The notes below the pieces were generated by a model, which was not told the DNA's origin, searched no databases, and saw only the letters and a program-made list of their open reading frames with translations. From assembly GCA_005889275.1 (NCBI GenBank), contig VBFI01000050.1:1-46295 (forward strand): a stretch of 46,295 bases of DNA, read 5' to 3'. Shown here one piece after another: positions 10,537-20,552 of this stretch. The translations under genes were made by a program, and so were the position numbers. Position 1 is the first letter of the stretch. Every line of letters starts with the position of its first letter. Source of the DNA: Chloroflexota bacterium (GTDB lineage Bacteria > Chloroflexota > Limnocylindria > P2-11E).

Positions 10537-11667
10537 ATGACCAGGGCGGCGGTCCTCGGGCTGGAAGACGGCTCGGTCTGGTGGGGAGAGGCGTTCGGCG
10601 ATGCGTCGCCCGCGTCGGGCGAGGTCGTGTTCAACACGGCGATGACCGGGTACCAGGAGATCGCCTCGGACGCGTCGTACAACGGCCAGATGGTCGTGCT
10701 GACGTACCCCCTCATCGGAAGCTACGGCACGTTCGACCGCGCCGCGGAGAGCCGGCGTCCCTGGGTCGAGGCGCTGGTCGTCCGCGAGCTCGTCGAGAGC
10801 TGCCGCGCCGGCACCGGCGACCTCGACGCCTACCTGCGGTCGTACGGCGTCCCCGGGCTCCTCGGGATCGACACGCGCGCGCTCGTCCGCCGGCTACGCG
10901 CGAAAGGAACGCTCCGCGGCGCGATCCTGCAGGTGCCGCCCCATCGATCGCAGGATCCCGACATCGCGCGCGAGGCCGTCGCGAAGGCGCAGGCGACGCC
11001 GCCACTCGCCGCGAAGCCGCTCGTCGTCGAGTCCACCGGGCTCGCCCGCCAGTCAGGCAGCGGTCCGAAGGTCGCGCTCCTCGACACCGGGGTGAAGGAG
11101 AACCAGATCCGGTGCCTCGTCCGCGAGGGCGCGACGGTGCGCGTGTTTCCCGCGACGTCGACCGCGCGCGACGTCCTCTCGTGGTCGCCGGACGGGATCG
11201 TCATCTCGAACGGGCCCGGGGATCCCGCCGCGATCCCGCACGTCGCGGCGACCACCCGAACCCTCCTCGACGCCGCGGCGCAGCGCGGCACGCAGCGGGC
11301 CCTGCCGATCCTCGGGATCTGCCTCGGCCACCAGCTCGTGGGCCGCGCGATCGGCGCGACGACGTCGCGGCTTCCGTTCGGCCACCACGGCGCGAACCAT
11401 CCGGTGCAGGACCTGCGAACCGGAAGGGTGGTCATCACGTCACAGAACCATGAGTTCCAGATCGACGAGCACTCGATCCCCTCCGACTCGGGATTCCTGG
11501 TGAGCGCCCGCAACCTAAACGACGGATCGGTCGAGGGGCTGCGGCACGAGATCCTCCCGATCCGCACGTACCAGTACCACCCAGAGGGCGCGCCCGGGCC
11601 GCGCGACAACGAGCCGGCGTTCGAGGTGTTCATGAGCGACGTTCGCGTCGCCGTGGCGATGAAATGA
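10537..11667 (+). CDS. carA: Carbamoyl-phosphate synthase small (glutaminase) subunit
   Basis: GEVVFNTAMTGYQE, SNGPGDP, GICLGHQ, TSQNH and YQYHPEG motifs. Confidence 0.97.
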   Translation: MTRAAVLGLEDGSVWWGEAFGDASPASGEVVFNTAMTGYQEIASDASYNGQMVVLTYPLIGSYGTFDRAAESRRPWVEALVVRELVESCRAGTGDLDAYLRSYGVPGLLGIDTRALVRRLRAKGTLRGAILQVPPHRSQDPDIAREAVAKAQATPPLAAKPLVVESTGLARQSGSGPKVALLDTGVKENQIRCLVREGATVRVFPATSTARDVLSWSPDGIVISNGPGDPAAIPHVAATTRTLLDAAAQRGTQRALPILGICLGHQLVGRAIGATTSRLPFGHHGANHPVQDLRTGRVVITSQNHEFQIDEHSIPSDSGFLVSARNLNDGSVEGLRHEILPIRTYQYHPEGAPGPRDNEPAFEVFMSDVRVAVAMK

Positions 11668-11945
11668 AACGCGCTCTCGGCAAGCTCCTGACGCCGCCGG
11701 ACCTTCGCGCCCGGCTCGCTTCCTCGGGCCAGGATGCGAAGGCGTGGCGAGCGCTCACGCCATCGGCCCGAAGGATGGGCGCGCACTGGATCAACGGTGC
11801 AAAAAGCCCCGACGTGCGTGACTGGCGGATCGCGGACGTGCTTCGACGCGCTCACAGGTATGAGCGCGGTGAGGGGCCATTCTATCCCCGCAACGACGAA
11901 CAGCATCTGCTCTCCCGACGTGGAGCGGGCCGAAGCCCCCGATGA
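11664..11945 (+). CDS. YdeI/OmpD-associated (OmdA) domain protein
   Basis: PPDLRARL...[11 protein letters not shown]...[15 protein letters not shown] pattern; ATGA overlaps with both carA and carB. Confidence 0.7.
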   Translation: MKRALGKLLTPPDLRARLASSGQDAKAWRALTPSARRMGAHWINGAKSPDVRDWRIADVLRRAHRYERGEGPFYPRNDEQHLLSRRGAGRSPR

Positions 11946-14900
11946 AGGTCCTCATCATCGGATCGGGCCCGATCCTCATCGGTCAAGCCGCCGAGTTCGA
12001 CTACGCCGGAACGCAAGCGTGCCGCGCGCTGCGCGAGGAGGGGATCGAGACCGTCCTCGTGAACTCGAACCCGGCGACGATCATGACCGATCCCGGCGTC
12101 GCCGACGTCACGTACCTGGAGCCGCTCACGCCGGAGGTGCTCGAGCGGATCATCGAGCGCGAGCGGCCCGCAGGACTCCTCGCGACCCTCGGCGGCCAGA
12201 CGGGCCTCAACCTCGCGGTCGCCCTCGCCGAGTCCGGCGTGCTCGAGCGCCACGGCGTCCGTCTCCTCGGCACGCCGTTATCGGCGATCCAGCAGGCCGA
12301 GGATCGCGAAGCGTTCAAGCAGCTCCTCCTTTCCATCGGCGAGCCCGTGCCCGCGTCCACGACCGCTCGCTCCGGCGACGAGGCGCTCGACTTCGCGCGC
12401 CGTATCGGCTTCCCGCTGGTGGTGCGCCCGGCGTTCACGCTCGGCGGGACGGGCGGCGGCACCGCGGCGAACGAGGAGGAGCTCCTGGCGCGGGTGGCCC
12501 GCGGGGTCGCCGCTTCGCCGATCGGCCAGGTCCTGGTCGAGCGGAGCCTCACCGGATGGAAGGAGATCGAGTACGAGGTGATGCGCGACGGCGGCGACAC
12601 CTGCATCACCGTCTGCAACATGGAGAACCTCGATCCGATGGGCATCCACACGGGTGACTCCATCGTCGTCGCTCCGTCGCAGACGTTGACCGACAAGGAA
12701 TACCAGATGCTCCGCAGCGCGGCCATCCGGATCATCCGCGCGCTCGGGATCGAAGGCGGCTGCAACGTGCAGTTCGCGCTGGATCCCGATCGTGCGCCGT
12801 CCGACGACCCCGAGGCGCAGGTCCCGTACTACGTCATCGAGGTGAACCCGCGTGTCTCGCGGAGCTCGGCGCTCGCGTCGAAAGCGACGGGGTATCCGAT
12901 CGCGCGGGTCGCCGCGAAGATCGCGATCGGCAAGCGTCTTCACGAAATCCCGAACGCCGTGACGAAGAAGACCACCGCGGCGTTCGAGCCGGCGCTCGAC
13001 TACGTCGTCGTGAAGATCCCGCGCTGGCCGTTCGACAAGTTCGCCGCAGCGGACCGCACGCTCGGCACGCAGATGAAGGCGACCGGCGAGGTCATGGCCA
13101 TCGACCGCACATTCGAAGCCGCGCTGCAGAAGGCGCTCCGCTCGCTCGAGGTGAAGGCGCAGGGTCTGCTGTGGGAGGCGCCCGCCTGGGTCGACGTCGT
13201 CGATCCGACCGAGTTCACCGACCGCTTCCTCACCGGTCCCGCGACCGATGATCGGCTCTGGCGGATCTTCGCGGCGCTCCGCCGGGGCGCGTCGATAGAG
13301 CTGCTGCGCGAGCGCACGCGCATCGACGCGTGGTTCCTCCGCAAGATCGCCCGCATCGTCCGCTTCGCCGAGAACGACCTCCAGGGAAAGACGCCGACGC
13401 CGGCGCTCCTGCGGTCGGCGAAGCGGCTCGGGTTCGCTGATGCGGACATCGCCACGCTCACCGGGATGCTCGCCGCGGATGTGCGGCGACTTCGCCTGCA
13501 GTGGGACATCCGGCCCGTGTACAAGATGGTCGATACCTGCGCCGCCGAGTTCGAAGCGGTCACTCCGTACTTCTATTCGACCTACGAGCAGGAGAACGAG
13601 GCCATGCCGCTCGCCGGGCCGAAGGCGGTCATCCTGGGAAGCGGCCCCATCCGCATCGGCCAGGGGATCGAGTTCGACTGTTGCTGCGTGCAGTCGGCGG
13701 CCGCGCTTCGCGAACGGGGCGTCGCCGCGATCATGGTGAACAGCAACCCGGAGACCGTTTCCACGGACTTCGACGCGTCGGCGCGCCTCTACTTCGATCC
13801 GCTCGACGAGGAGTCCATCGCCGCGATCCTCGACAACGAGGGCATTCCGCTGCCCGTGCTCGCGCAGTTCGGCGGGCAGACCGCGCTCAACCTCGCCGAG
13901 CGCCTCGCTGGGATCGGTGGCGAGATCGCGGGGACGTCGGCCGACGCGATCGGTCTCGCCGAGGACCGCCGTCGCTTCCATGATTTCGCGGACGCGCTCG
14001 GGATTCCGCAGCCTCCGGGAGGCACGGCGGAGTCGCTCGCGGAGGCGCGCGCGGTCGCGAACGAGGTCGGCTACCCCATCCTCGTCCGGCCGTCGTACGT
14101 GCTCGGCGGGCGGGGGATGGAGATCGCCTACGGCGCGGACGATCTCGAGCGATATTTCCATTCCGCGCTCGAGGCGGGAACCGGTCGCGTCCTCGTCGAC
14201 AAGTACCTGCGCGGCAAGGAGGTCGAGGTCGACGCGGTGAGCGACGGCCGCGACACGCTCGTCGCCGGGATCATGGAGCACATCGAGCGTGCCGGCGTCC
14301 ACTCCGGAGACAGCTACGCGGTGTACCCGGCGCAGAACCTCCTTCCCGAGGAGCGGCGCGAGATCGTCGCGCTCACTCGCCGGATCGCCGAGGCGCTCCC
14401 GGTGAAGGGCCTCCTCAACATCCAGTTCATCGTCGAACACGGGAACGTCTGGGTGCTGGAGGTCAACCCGCGGGCGAGCCGGACCGTGCCGTTCCTCACG
14501 AAGGTCACCGGCGTCCCGCTCGTCCGGCTCGCGGTCGCGATCTCGCTCGGCTCGACGCTCGCCGACGAGGGTTACGCGCGCGCGGACGGGATCTGGCCGG
14601 AGGGGTCGCTCGTCGCGCTCAAGGCGCCGGTCTTCTCGATGGCGAAGCTGCTCGACGTCGACACGTATCTCGGACCGGAGATGAAGAGCACCGGCGAGGT
14701 GATGGGCGTCGATCGCTCGTTCGCCCCGGCGCTCTGGAAGTCCCTCGTCGCCGCCGGTCTCGCGCCCGCGCGGAGCGGAAAGATCCTCGTGACCGTCGCG
14801 GACAAGGACAAGCCCGAGGTTCCCGAGATCATCGAGGGGTTCCACTGGCTCGGCTACGACCTCGTCGCGACGTCCGGGACCGCCGCGCTGATCCGCTCGC

Positions 14901-15196
14901 TCGGGATCGATGTCACCGAGGTCCGCAAGCTCGCCGAAGGGAGTCAGGAGATCCTGCAGCTGATCCGCTCGGGCGAGTGCGCCGCTGTGATCAACACGCC
15001 GACTCTCGGCAGGACCGTCGACCGCGACGGGTTCCTCATCCGGCGCGCCGCGGTCGAAGCGCGCGTTCCGTGCCTCACCTCGCTCGACACCGCCCTCGCG
15101 GTCGTCACCGCGCTGCGGGCGAGCGCGGTCGCGCAGCACGTCGCGCCGCTCGCGGAGTACCGCGCGCTGCAGGAGCCGGCCGCGGCGGCCGATTGA
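11942..15196 (+). CDS. carB: Carbamoyl-phosphate synthase large subunit
   Basis: [17 protein letters not shown], duplicated ATP-grasp ([21 protein letters not shown]), HTGDS/HSGDS and a C-terminal MGS domain; 1084 aa. Confidence 0.98.
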   Translation: MKVLIIGSGPILIGQAAEFDYAGTQACRALREEGIETVLVNSNPATIMTDPGVADVTYLEPLTPEVLERIIERERPAGLLATLGGQTGLNLAVALAESGVLERHGVRLLGTPLSAIQQAEDREAFKQLLLSIGEPVPASTTARSGDEALDFARRIGFPLVVRPAFTLGGTGGGTAANEEELLARVARGVAASPIGQVLVERSLTGWKEIEYEVMRDGGDTCITVCNMENLDPMGIHTGDSIVVAPSQTLTDKEYQMLRSAAIRIIRALGIEGGCNVQFALDPDRAPSDDPEAQVPYYVIEVNPRVSRSSALASKATGYPIARVAAKIAIGKRLHEIPNAVTKKTTAAFEPALDYVVVKIPRWPFDKFAAADRTLGTQMKATGEVMAIDRTFEAALQKALRSLEVKAQGLLWEAPAWVDVVDPTEFTDRFLTGPATDDRLWRIFAALRRGASIELLRERTRIDAWFLRKIARIVRFAENDLQGKTPTPALLRSAKRLGFADADIATLTGMLAADVRRLRLQWDIRPVYKMVDTCAAEFEAVTPYFYSTYEQENEAMPLAGPKAVILGSGPIRIGQGIEFDCCCVQSAAALRERGVAAIMVNSNPETVSTDFDASARLYFDPLDEESIAAILDNEGIPLPVLAQFGGQTALNLAERLAGIGGEIAGTSADAIGLAEDRRRFHDFADALGIPQPPGGTAESLAEARAVANEVGYPILVRPSYVLGGRGMEIAYGADDLERYFHSALEAGTGRVLVDKYLRGKEVEVDAVSDGRDTLVAGIMEHIERAGVHSGDSYAVYPAQNLLPEERREIVALTRRIAEALPVKGLLNIQFIVEHGNVWVLEVNPRASRTVPFLTKVTGVPLVRLAVAISLGSTLADEGYARADGIWPEGSLVALKAPVFSMAKLLDVDTYLGPEMKSTGEVMGVDRSFAPALWKSLVAAGLAPARSGKILVTVADKDKPEVPEIIEGFHWLGYDLVATSGTAALIRSLGIDVTEVRKLAEGSQEILQLIRSGECAAVINTPTLGRTVDRDGFLIRRAAVEARVPCLTSLDTALAVVTALRASAVAQHVAPLAEYRALQEPAAAAD

Positions 15197-15197
15197 C

Positions 15198-16322
15198 GTG
15201 AAGCGGCTCGCGATCCTCGCCGTCGCGCTCGCGTCGTGCGTGTCCACGCCGGGCGCACCCGTCGCCAGCGCGCCCGCCGCCTCACCGGCGCCGTCGCGCG
15301 CGAGTCCCACCGCGCTCCCCGCGTCGGGCCTCGGCGCGCTCACCAAGCTCGCCGACGGCACGCTCGTCGTGAGCGTTCCCGATTGCGCGACCACCACGCA
15401 GGGCGGGGGCATCACCGGGTGCGAGCTGCTGGACGCGGCGGCCGATCACGACTCGTTCGTCGGCGTGCTCCGCTGGTCCGACGGGAACTTCGAGGCGAGA
15501 TCGATCGACCTCGCCACCGGCGAGATGCGCACGCTCATCCCCAAGGAGGATCTCGGCATCAAGCTCGAAGACGTCCGCGGCGACCTCGCGATCTTCCTCG
15601 AGACCGACGATCTCGGGGGCGGCAACGTGCACGCGCGGCTCCGTCGGATCCCGTGGCGCGATCCGGCGAAGGCGGACACGCTCGACGAGATCGATCTCGT
15701 CGGCCTGGGTGGTGGCGACACGTGGAACCCGTGGCCGGCGGCGAGGACGAATGGGAAGGACGTCGTCTGGCTCCACGCGGGAGGTCTCTTCGCGAAGCAC
15801 CAGGTCCTCCTCCTCGACGCGAGTGGCCAAAAGCGCACCGTCGTCGAGACGGATCGGGCCGTGTGGTTCGACCTCGACGACGGCGGGCGGATCCCGGTCG
15901 CCGTGTTCAGCGCTGACGGCGCGACCCAGCGCTTCTTCGTGTACCTCGCCGGCGCCGTGCGCGAGATCGGCACCCGCGACGCGGCCGCGAGCGGATACGT
16001 CATGAGCTTCGGGGACGTGATCGGCTGGACGCGCGGGACCGGGGCGGTCCGGCCGATGGACGGGATCGATCTCTGGACCGACACGGGTCGCGCCCTCCGG
16101 ACCGAACGCCCCGAGTCCGGTTGCGTCATCGTCGGGCACACCCAGAAAGACGTCGTCACGGTCTGCCCGTCGGGCACGCATCTGAAGGACGTCCTGACCA
16201 ACGCCCCGATCCGGAACGGGCCGCCCAGCCGTGTCGTGCTCGCCTTCCCCCGCGCGCTGCTCTGGAGGACCGCGGCCGACCTCGCCGCGAACCCGATGGT
16301 CTGGCGGATCACGCTCCTGTGA
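15198..16322 (+). CDS. Hypothetical lipoprotein (probable beta-propeller)
   Basis: MKRLAILAVALASC lipobox, Pro/Ala linker, beta-rich body; 1 nt after the carB stop. Confidence 0.7.
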   Translation: MKRLAILAVALASCVSTPGAPVASAPAASPAPSRASPTALPASGLGALTKLADGTLVVSVPDCATTTQGGGITGCELLDAAADHDSFVGVLRWSDGNFEARSIDLATGEMRTLIPKEDLGIKLEDVRGDLAIFLETDDLGGGNVHARLRRIPWRDPAKADTLDEIDLVGLGGGDTWNPWPAARTNGKDVVWLHAGGLFAKHQVLLLDASGQKRTVVETDRAVWFDLDDGGRIPVAVFSADGATQRFFVYLAGAVREIGTRDAAASGYVMSFGDVIGWTRGTGAVRPMDGIDLWTDTGRALRTERPESGCVIVGHTQKDVVTVCPSGTHLKDVLTNAPIRNGPPSRVVLAFPRALLWRTAADLAANPMVWRITLL

Positions 16323-16750
16323 GGAAGCGCACGAAGGACCCGTGGATGAGCGCGGCGGACTACGGGCGCACGCTGGCCGGCCTCTCCGTGAACCTCCTCG
16401 TCCGCGACGTCGCGCGCAGCGTCCCCTTCTACACGCGCGTGCTCGACCTGCGGCTGCTGCACGGCGACGCGGACTTCGCCGCGTTCGAACGGGACGGCGT
16501 GCGTCTCCAGCTGCACGCCGACCACACCTACGAACGCATGCCCTGGGCGCCGCGCCTCGCCGAAACGGGGAAGCGCGGTCTCGGAGCGGAGGTGCGGATA
16601 CTGGGCATCGATCCCGACGCGGCCGAGCGCCGCGCGCGTGAGGGCGGGTTCACCGTTCTCGTCCCGACGCGTGACTGGCCTCATGGCTGGCGCGATTGCA
16701 TCGTCGAGGACCCCGACGGCTATACCTTCGCGGTGGGCACGCCGCTGTGA
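16319..16750 (+). CDS. VOC/glyoxalase family protein
   Basis: NLLVRDVARSVPFYTRVL and DWPHGWRDCIVEDPDGY motifs; GTGA overlaps at both ends. Confidence 0.85.
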   Translation: MRKRTKDPWMSAADYGRTLAGLSVNLLVRDVARSVPFYTRVLDLRLLHGDADFAAFERDGVRLQLHADHTYERMPWAPRLAETGKRGLGAEVRILGIDPDAAERRAREGGFTVLVPTRDWPHGWRDCIVEDPDGYTFAVGTPL

Positions 16751-17574
16751 TCCTCGACCAAGGCGTCGTCCTCTCGACGAGCGAGATCGGGACGCTCGGG
16801 ACGGTCCTGCGGATCGCTACGCCGCGGATCGCCGCGCAGGCGCGCGCCGGCCAGTTCGTCCACGTGCGTCCCGGGACGTCGTTCGAGCCGCTCCTTCGGC
16901 GGCCGTACTCCTTCAATCGCATCGACCGGCAGGCCGGCGAGATCGAGCTCATCGTGAAGCCACTCGGACCCGGCGGCGAGTGGATCGCCTTGCGCCGCGA
17001 AGGCGACGAGCTCGATCTCCTCGGACCCCTCGGCACGCCGTTCGTCGTGCACCGCGGCACGCGCAACCTCCTTCTCGTCGCCGGCGGCACGGGCATCGCG
17101 CCGATGCGCGTGCTCGCGGAGCAGGAGGTCTCGCGGCGGAGCGTCACGCTGCTCATGGGCGGCCGCTCGGTGTCCTACCTCTGGCCGAGCGACCTCCTTC
17201 CCGCCGCGGTCGAGTACGTGACGACGACCGAGGATGGCTCGTTCGGGGTGAAGGGGCGCGTAACCGACGCGCTCACGCCGCTGCTGGAATGGGCCGACCA
17301 GCTCTGCGCGTGCGGCCCGTGGCCGATGCTCGCGGCCATCGGCCGGCTGCGCGAGCAGGCCGAACGCGGGCCGGCCGCTCCCGGTCGTGCGCCGCTCCTC
17401 GACGCACAGATCGCGGTCGAGCAGCACATGGGCTGCGCGATGGGCGTCTGCCGCGCGTGCGTCGTCGTCACCGCCCAGGGGAACGCGCGGGTGTGCCGCG
17501 AGGGGCCGGTCTTCGCGCTCGGCGACATCGCGTTCGACCAGGGCGAGCCCGCGACGGTCGGGATCGTGGCCTGA
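16747..17574 (+). CDS. pyrK: Dihydroorotate dehydrogenase electron transfer subunit (FAD, 2Fe-2S)
   Basis: LRRPYS, GPLG, AGGTGIAP, CGPWPM and EQHMGCAMGVCRAC...RVCREGPVF motifs. Confidence 0.93.
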   Translation: MILDQGVVLSTSEIGTLGTVLRIATPRIAAQARAGQFVHVRPGTSFEPLLRRPYSFNRIDRQAGEIELIVKPLGPGGEWIALRREGDELDLLGPLGTPFVVHRGTRNLLLVAGGTGIAPMRVLAEQEVSRRSVTLLMGGRSVSYLWPSDLLPAAVEYVTTTEDGSFGVKGRVTDALTPLLEWADQLCACGPWPMLAAIGRLREQAERGPAAPGRAPLLDAQIAVEQHMGCAMGVCRACVVVTAQGNARVCREGPVFALGDIAFDQGEPATVGIVA

Positions 17575-18776
17575 TGCCTTTCCGCCGCGAGCGAAAGAAG
17601 GTCGAGCGGCCGATCGACGTGAGCCGCTCGATCGAGGAGTCGCTCGAGGAGGCCGCGGCGGGCGAAGAGGAAGAGGATCTCGCGGATCTGGTGGACCTCG
17701 ACGACGCGACGGCAACCGAGGTGGCCGCGGGCGGACCGGAGCACCCGCCGTCGGATCTCGCGGTGCGGCTGCGCGACGCGCTCTCGTCGGAGGCCCCCGC
17801 GCGCGCGGCCGTCGGACCGTCGCGCGCGACGCACCCGGAGTCCGGCGTCGACCTCGCGGTCGACGCGGCACGCGGTCTCCGCTTGCGCAACCCGGTGCTC
17901 ACCGCATCGGGCACGTTCGGGCAGGGGATCGAGTACGCCGAGCTCATCGACGTCTCGCGTCTCGGCGCGATGGTGAACAAGGGAACGACGCCGAGCGCGC
18001 GCCCGGGCAATCCGCAGTACCGGATCGCCGAGACTCCATCGGGGATCCTCAATTCGATCGGCCTCGAGAATCCCGGCGCGACCGAGGTCGCGCGAAAGTA
18101 CGGGAAGCAATGGGCAGCGCTCGGCGTCCCGGTGATCGTGAACGTCGCGGGCTACAGCGTCGACGACTACGTGTACGTCGTGAGCGAGATGGCCGGGACG
18201 CCGGGTGTGGTCGCCTACGAGCTCAACGTGTCGTGCCCGAACGTGAAGGGCGGGATGCTCTTCGGCTGCGATCCGGGGCTCGCCGCCGAGGTCACCCGTG
18301 CGGTGAAGGCCGAGACCGACCTTCCGGTGATCGTGAAGCTCACGCCGAGCGCCCCGGACGTCGTCGCCGTGGCGCGTGCGTGCGAGGAGGCCGGCGCGGA
18401 CGGCCTCACCGCGATCAACACGGTGCTCGGGATGCGCATCGACACCGCGCGCCGCCGGCCCATCCTCGGCACCGGGAGCGGCGGCCTCTCGGGCCCGGCC
18501 ATCCGGCCGATCGCGGTCCACATCACCTACCAGGTCGCGCAGGCGGTCGGCATCCCGGTGATCGGCGCGGGCGGCGTCACGAGCGCGGAGGACGCCCTCG
18601 AATTCCTGATGGCCGGCGCGTCGGCGGTGCAGGTGGGCACGGCGACGTTCGCGGATCCGCTGGCTCCGCTCAAGGTCATCGAAGGGCTGGCCGCGTACGT
18701 CCGCGAGCAGAGGCTCGGCTCGATCCGCGACATCATCGGAGCCGCGCTGCCCGCTCGCGTCGCGCCCGAGGGCTAG
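17574..18776 (+). CDS. pyrD: Dihydroorotate dehydrogenase class 1B catalytic subunit with ~90-aa N-terminal extension
   Basis: NPVLTASGTFG, NSIGLENPG, ELNVSCPNV, VKLTP, GGLSGPAIRP and VQVGTA motifs; TGATG coupling to pyrK. Confidence 0.93.
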   Translation: MPFRRERKKVERPIDVSRSIEESLEEAAAGEEEEDLADLVDLDDATATEVAAGGPEHPPSDLAVRLRDALSSEAPARAAVGPSRATHPESGVDLAVDAARGLRLRNPVLTASGTFGQGIEYAELIDVSRLGAMVNKGTTPSARPGNPQYRIAETPSGILNSIGLENPGATEVARKYGKQWAALGVPVIVNVAGYSVDDYVYVVSEMAGTPGVVAYELNVSCPNVKGGMLFGCDPGLAAEVTRAVKAETDLPVIVKLTPSAPDVVAVARACEEAGADGLTAINTVLGMRIDTARRRPILGTGSGGLSGPAIRPIAVHITYQVAQAVGIPVIGAGGVTSAEDALEFLMAGASAVQVGTATFADPLAPLKVIEGLAAYVREQRLGSIRDIIGAALPARVAPEG

Positions 18777-19069
18777 GGCAGAACGCTCCGGAGCATGCTG
18801 GTCACCGGCTCGTCGATGAGCTTCGCGGGGTCCGGCGACAGCCGCTTGCGCTCGTCGGACGCGTAATACCTGCGGTCCGCGGCGGCGAACCCATCGAAGC
18901 CGTCGTAGCCCATGATCCAGACGAACTCGTCCGCGCCTTCGACCCGCCACGCGCCGACGAAGGTGAAGCCGAACTTCTTTCGGAGCGGATAGACGCCCCG
19001 GCGCCATGCCTCGACGAACGCGTCCAGCTGTCCCGGGCGGATCCGGTAATGGCGAAGCTGGTATTCCAT
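18773..19069 (-). CDS. NIPSNAP family protein
   Basis: YQLRHYRIRPGQLDAF...GFTFVGAW...FVWIMGY pattern; GAGGTG SD before ATG 19069. Confidence 0.8.
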   Translation of the reverse strand: MEYQLRHYRIRPGQLDAFVEAWRRGVYPLRKKFGFTFVGAWRVEGADEFVWIMGYDGFDGFAAADRRYYASDERKRLSPDPAKLIDEPVTSMLRSVLP

Positions 19070-19100
19070 TCTGTCCACCTCGCGGTGGAGGCTAGCGACC

Positions 19101-19319
19101 TCAGCGAAAGCGCAGGACCCCCAGGAAGCGCGGATGGCGGATCGGCCAGGCCGGGTCGTCCGAGACGCGTACCGCGTCGTGGAGCGCGCTCGCGTCGGTC
19201 GCGGTCGACGAGCCGTCGTTATGCTCGATCTCGATTTCGACGTGACCCGCCGGATCGTCGCGATAGCGGATGAGGTCGCCATTCTTCGCGCGATACGTGC
19301 CCTGCGTGAGCTCTTCCAT
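19101..19319 (-). CDS. Small hypothetical protein (72 aa)
   Basis: MEELTQGTYRAKNGDLIRYR...; GGGGGAGG SD upstream; tiles between neighbours on the same strand. Confidence 0.55.
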   Translation of the reverse strand: MEELTQGTYRAKNGDLIRYRDDPAGHVEIEIEHNDGSSTATDASALHDAVRVSDDPAWPIRHPRFLGVLRFR

Positions 19320-19341
19320 GAACCCTGCCCCTCCCCCTGGG

Positions 19342-19698
19342 CTAGGTCCGGCGGACTCCGGTTCCCTTCCTCGTGCCAAGCGTCGCCGCCGGTCCTGCGG
19401 CTATCGCGGCGTGCGCGGGTGTCCCTGCTTCGCTGCCACCGTTCGGTGACCCCCAGCGGATGAGGGCTTCGAGCGGTACGCCTCCGGTCGCGACCCAGTG
19501 GTGCGCGTCATCGGAGCCGGCCCCGTCGCAGTACGCCCACGCCCCCGCGTTGACGGTCAGCCCGCCCGCGCCGCGCCGCGATCGGAGCGCGCGGTGCCCA
19601 TCGGCCTGGCAGTCCCAGTGAACGATGTTTCGGGCCAGCTCCTTGCCTCCCACCGGTTTCGCGGAAGCCACTAGAGCACCCGGATTCGCGATTGTCAT
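19342..19698 (-). CDS. Small hypothetical protein with C/H/C/H putative metal-binding motif
   Basis: WDCQADGH...LTVNAGAWAYCDG...HHW; 118 aa; same strand as the flanking genes. Confidence 0.55.
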   Translation of the reverse strand: MTIANPGALVASAKPVGGKELARNIVHWDCQADGHRALRSRRGAGGLTVNAGAWAYCDGAGSDDAHHWVATGGVPLEALIRWGSPNGGSEAGTPAHAAIAAGPAATLGTRKGTGVRRT

Positions 19699-19734
19699 TG
19701 CGCCGCGTCATGAAACCGGCATTTGCGCGGGTGC

Positions 19735-20499
19735 TTAACCGGCGACGCGCTCCGCCGCCTCGCGGTCGGACTGGCTTCGGAAGCGATAGCCGCGCCCGGC
19801 GACTGTCTCGATGAAACGCGGCGTGCGCCAGTCGTCCCGGAGCTTCACGCGGAGCTCGCGGATGTGGCGGTCCACGACATTGCTCTCGGTTTCGAACTCG
19901 CCGCCCCAGAGGCTCTGGAGGATTTCCTCGCGGCCCAGCACCCGGCCGGCGTTGGCCGCGAGCAGATACAGCAACGCCTGCTGGATCGGCGTGAGCGAGA
20001 GCTCCTCGTCGCCGACGCGCGCACGCTGCGTGGTGAGGTCGACCTGGATGCCGTCCAGATGGATCTTCGGAACGAGCGGAACGGTGATCCCGTGGACGCG
20101 GCGCATGAGCGCGAACGGGCGCGCCACGATCTCATCGAGCGTGAAGGGGACCTCGATGATGTCATCCGCCCCTGCCTCGAACGCGCGGAGCTTCACGGTC
20201 GTGTCGCGCTTTCGAGTGAACACGAGGCAGGCGAGCCCGCCGTTCGCCGGGCCATGGCCGGCGATCCCCAGGAACGGCTCGTACCGGTCGAGGTCGATCA
20301 ACGCAAGCTGTGGCTTCCAATCGGCGATGATCCGTCGGCACTCGGCCGGATCGGTGGTCGTCCGGGTCACGAAGCGGCCATGGCGGAGCGTGGTCGCGAC
20401 GAGGTTCCCGAGAGCCTCGCCCATCACCAGAAGGGCCCGCGGACCGGTCGCGTCGGGCGCCCGGGTCGCGCCACGCCCCGGGCCCTCGAGTGCACCCAC
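19735..20499 (-). CDS. Atypical OmpR/PhoB-family response regulator
   Basis: C-terminal winged helix (LTPIQQALLYLLA...SNVVDRHIRELRVKL...IETVAGRGYRF); receiver lacks the acidic pair and has IEVPF instead of xxKPF. Confidence 0.88.
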   Translation of the reverse strand: MGALEGPGRGATRAPDATGPRALLVMGEALGNLVATTLRHGRFVTRTTTDPAECRRIIADWKPQLALIDLDRYEPFLGIAGHGPANGGLACLVFTRKRDTTVKLRAFEAGADDIIEVPFTLDEIVARPFALMRRVHGITVPLVPKIHLDGIQVDLTTQRARVGDEELSLTPIQQALLYLLAANAGRVLGREEILQSLWGGEFETESNVVDRHIRELRVKLRDDWRTPRFIETVAGRGYRFRSQSDREAAERVAG

Positions 20500-20552
20500 C
20501 GTCCCGGTCTACGCCCTGAATCGGGCCTCGTCATGACGAGAACTCACGCCTG

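Noticed and set aside
13670-13695. CarB motif reads EFDCCCVQ where EFDY is usual
   Set aside because: A single TAT-to-TGT change would explain it; it could be a base error or tolerated variant, and there is no other sign of inactivation.
12278-15415. 1045-aa antisense ORF over carB, and many similar long antisense or off-frame ORFs (e.g. 3635..5077, 17175..19007, 20658..22331, 24138..25979, 28820..30310, 40526..42280)
   Set aside because: Shadow frames expected in high-GC DNA with few stops; Arg/Ala/Gly-rich, no recognisable motifs, and fully overlapping well-supported genes.
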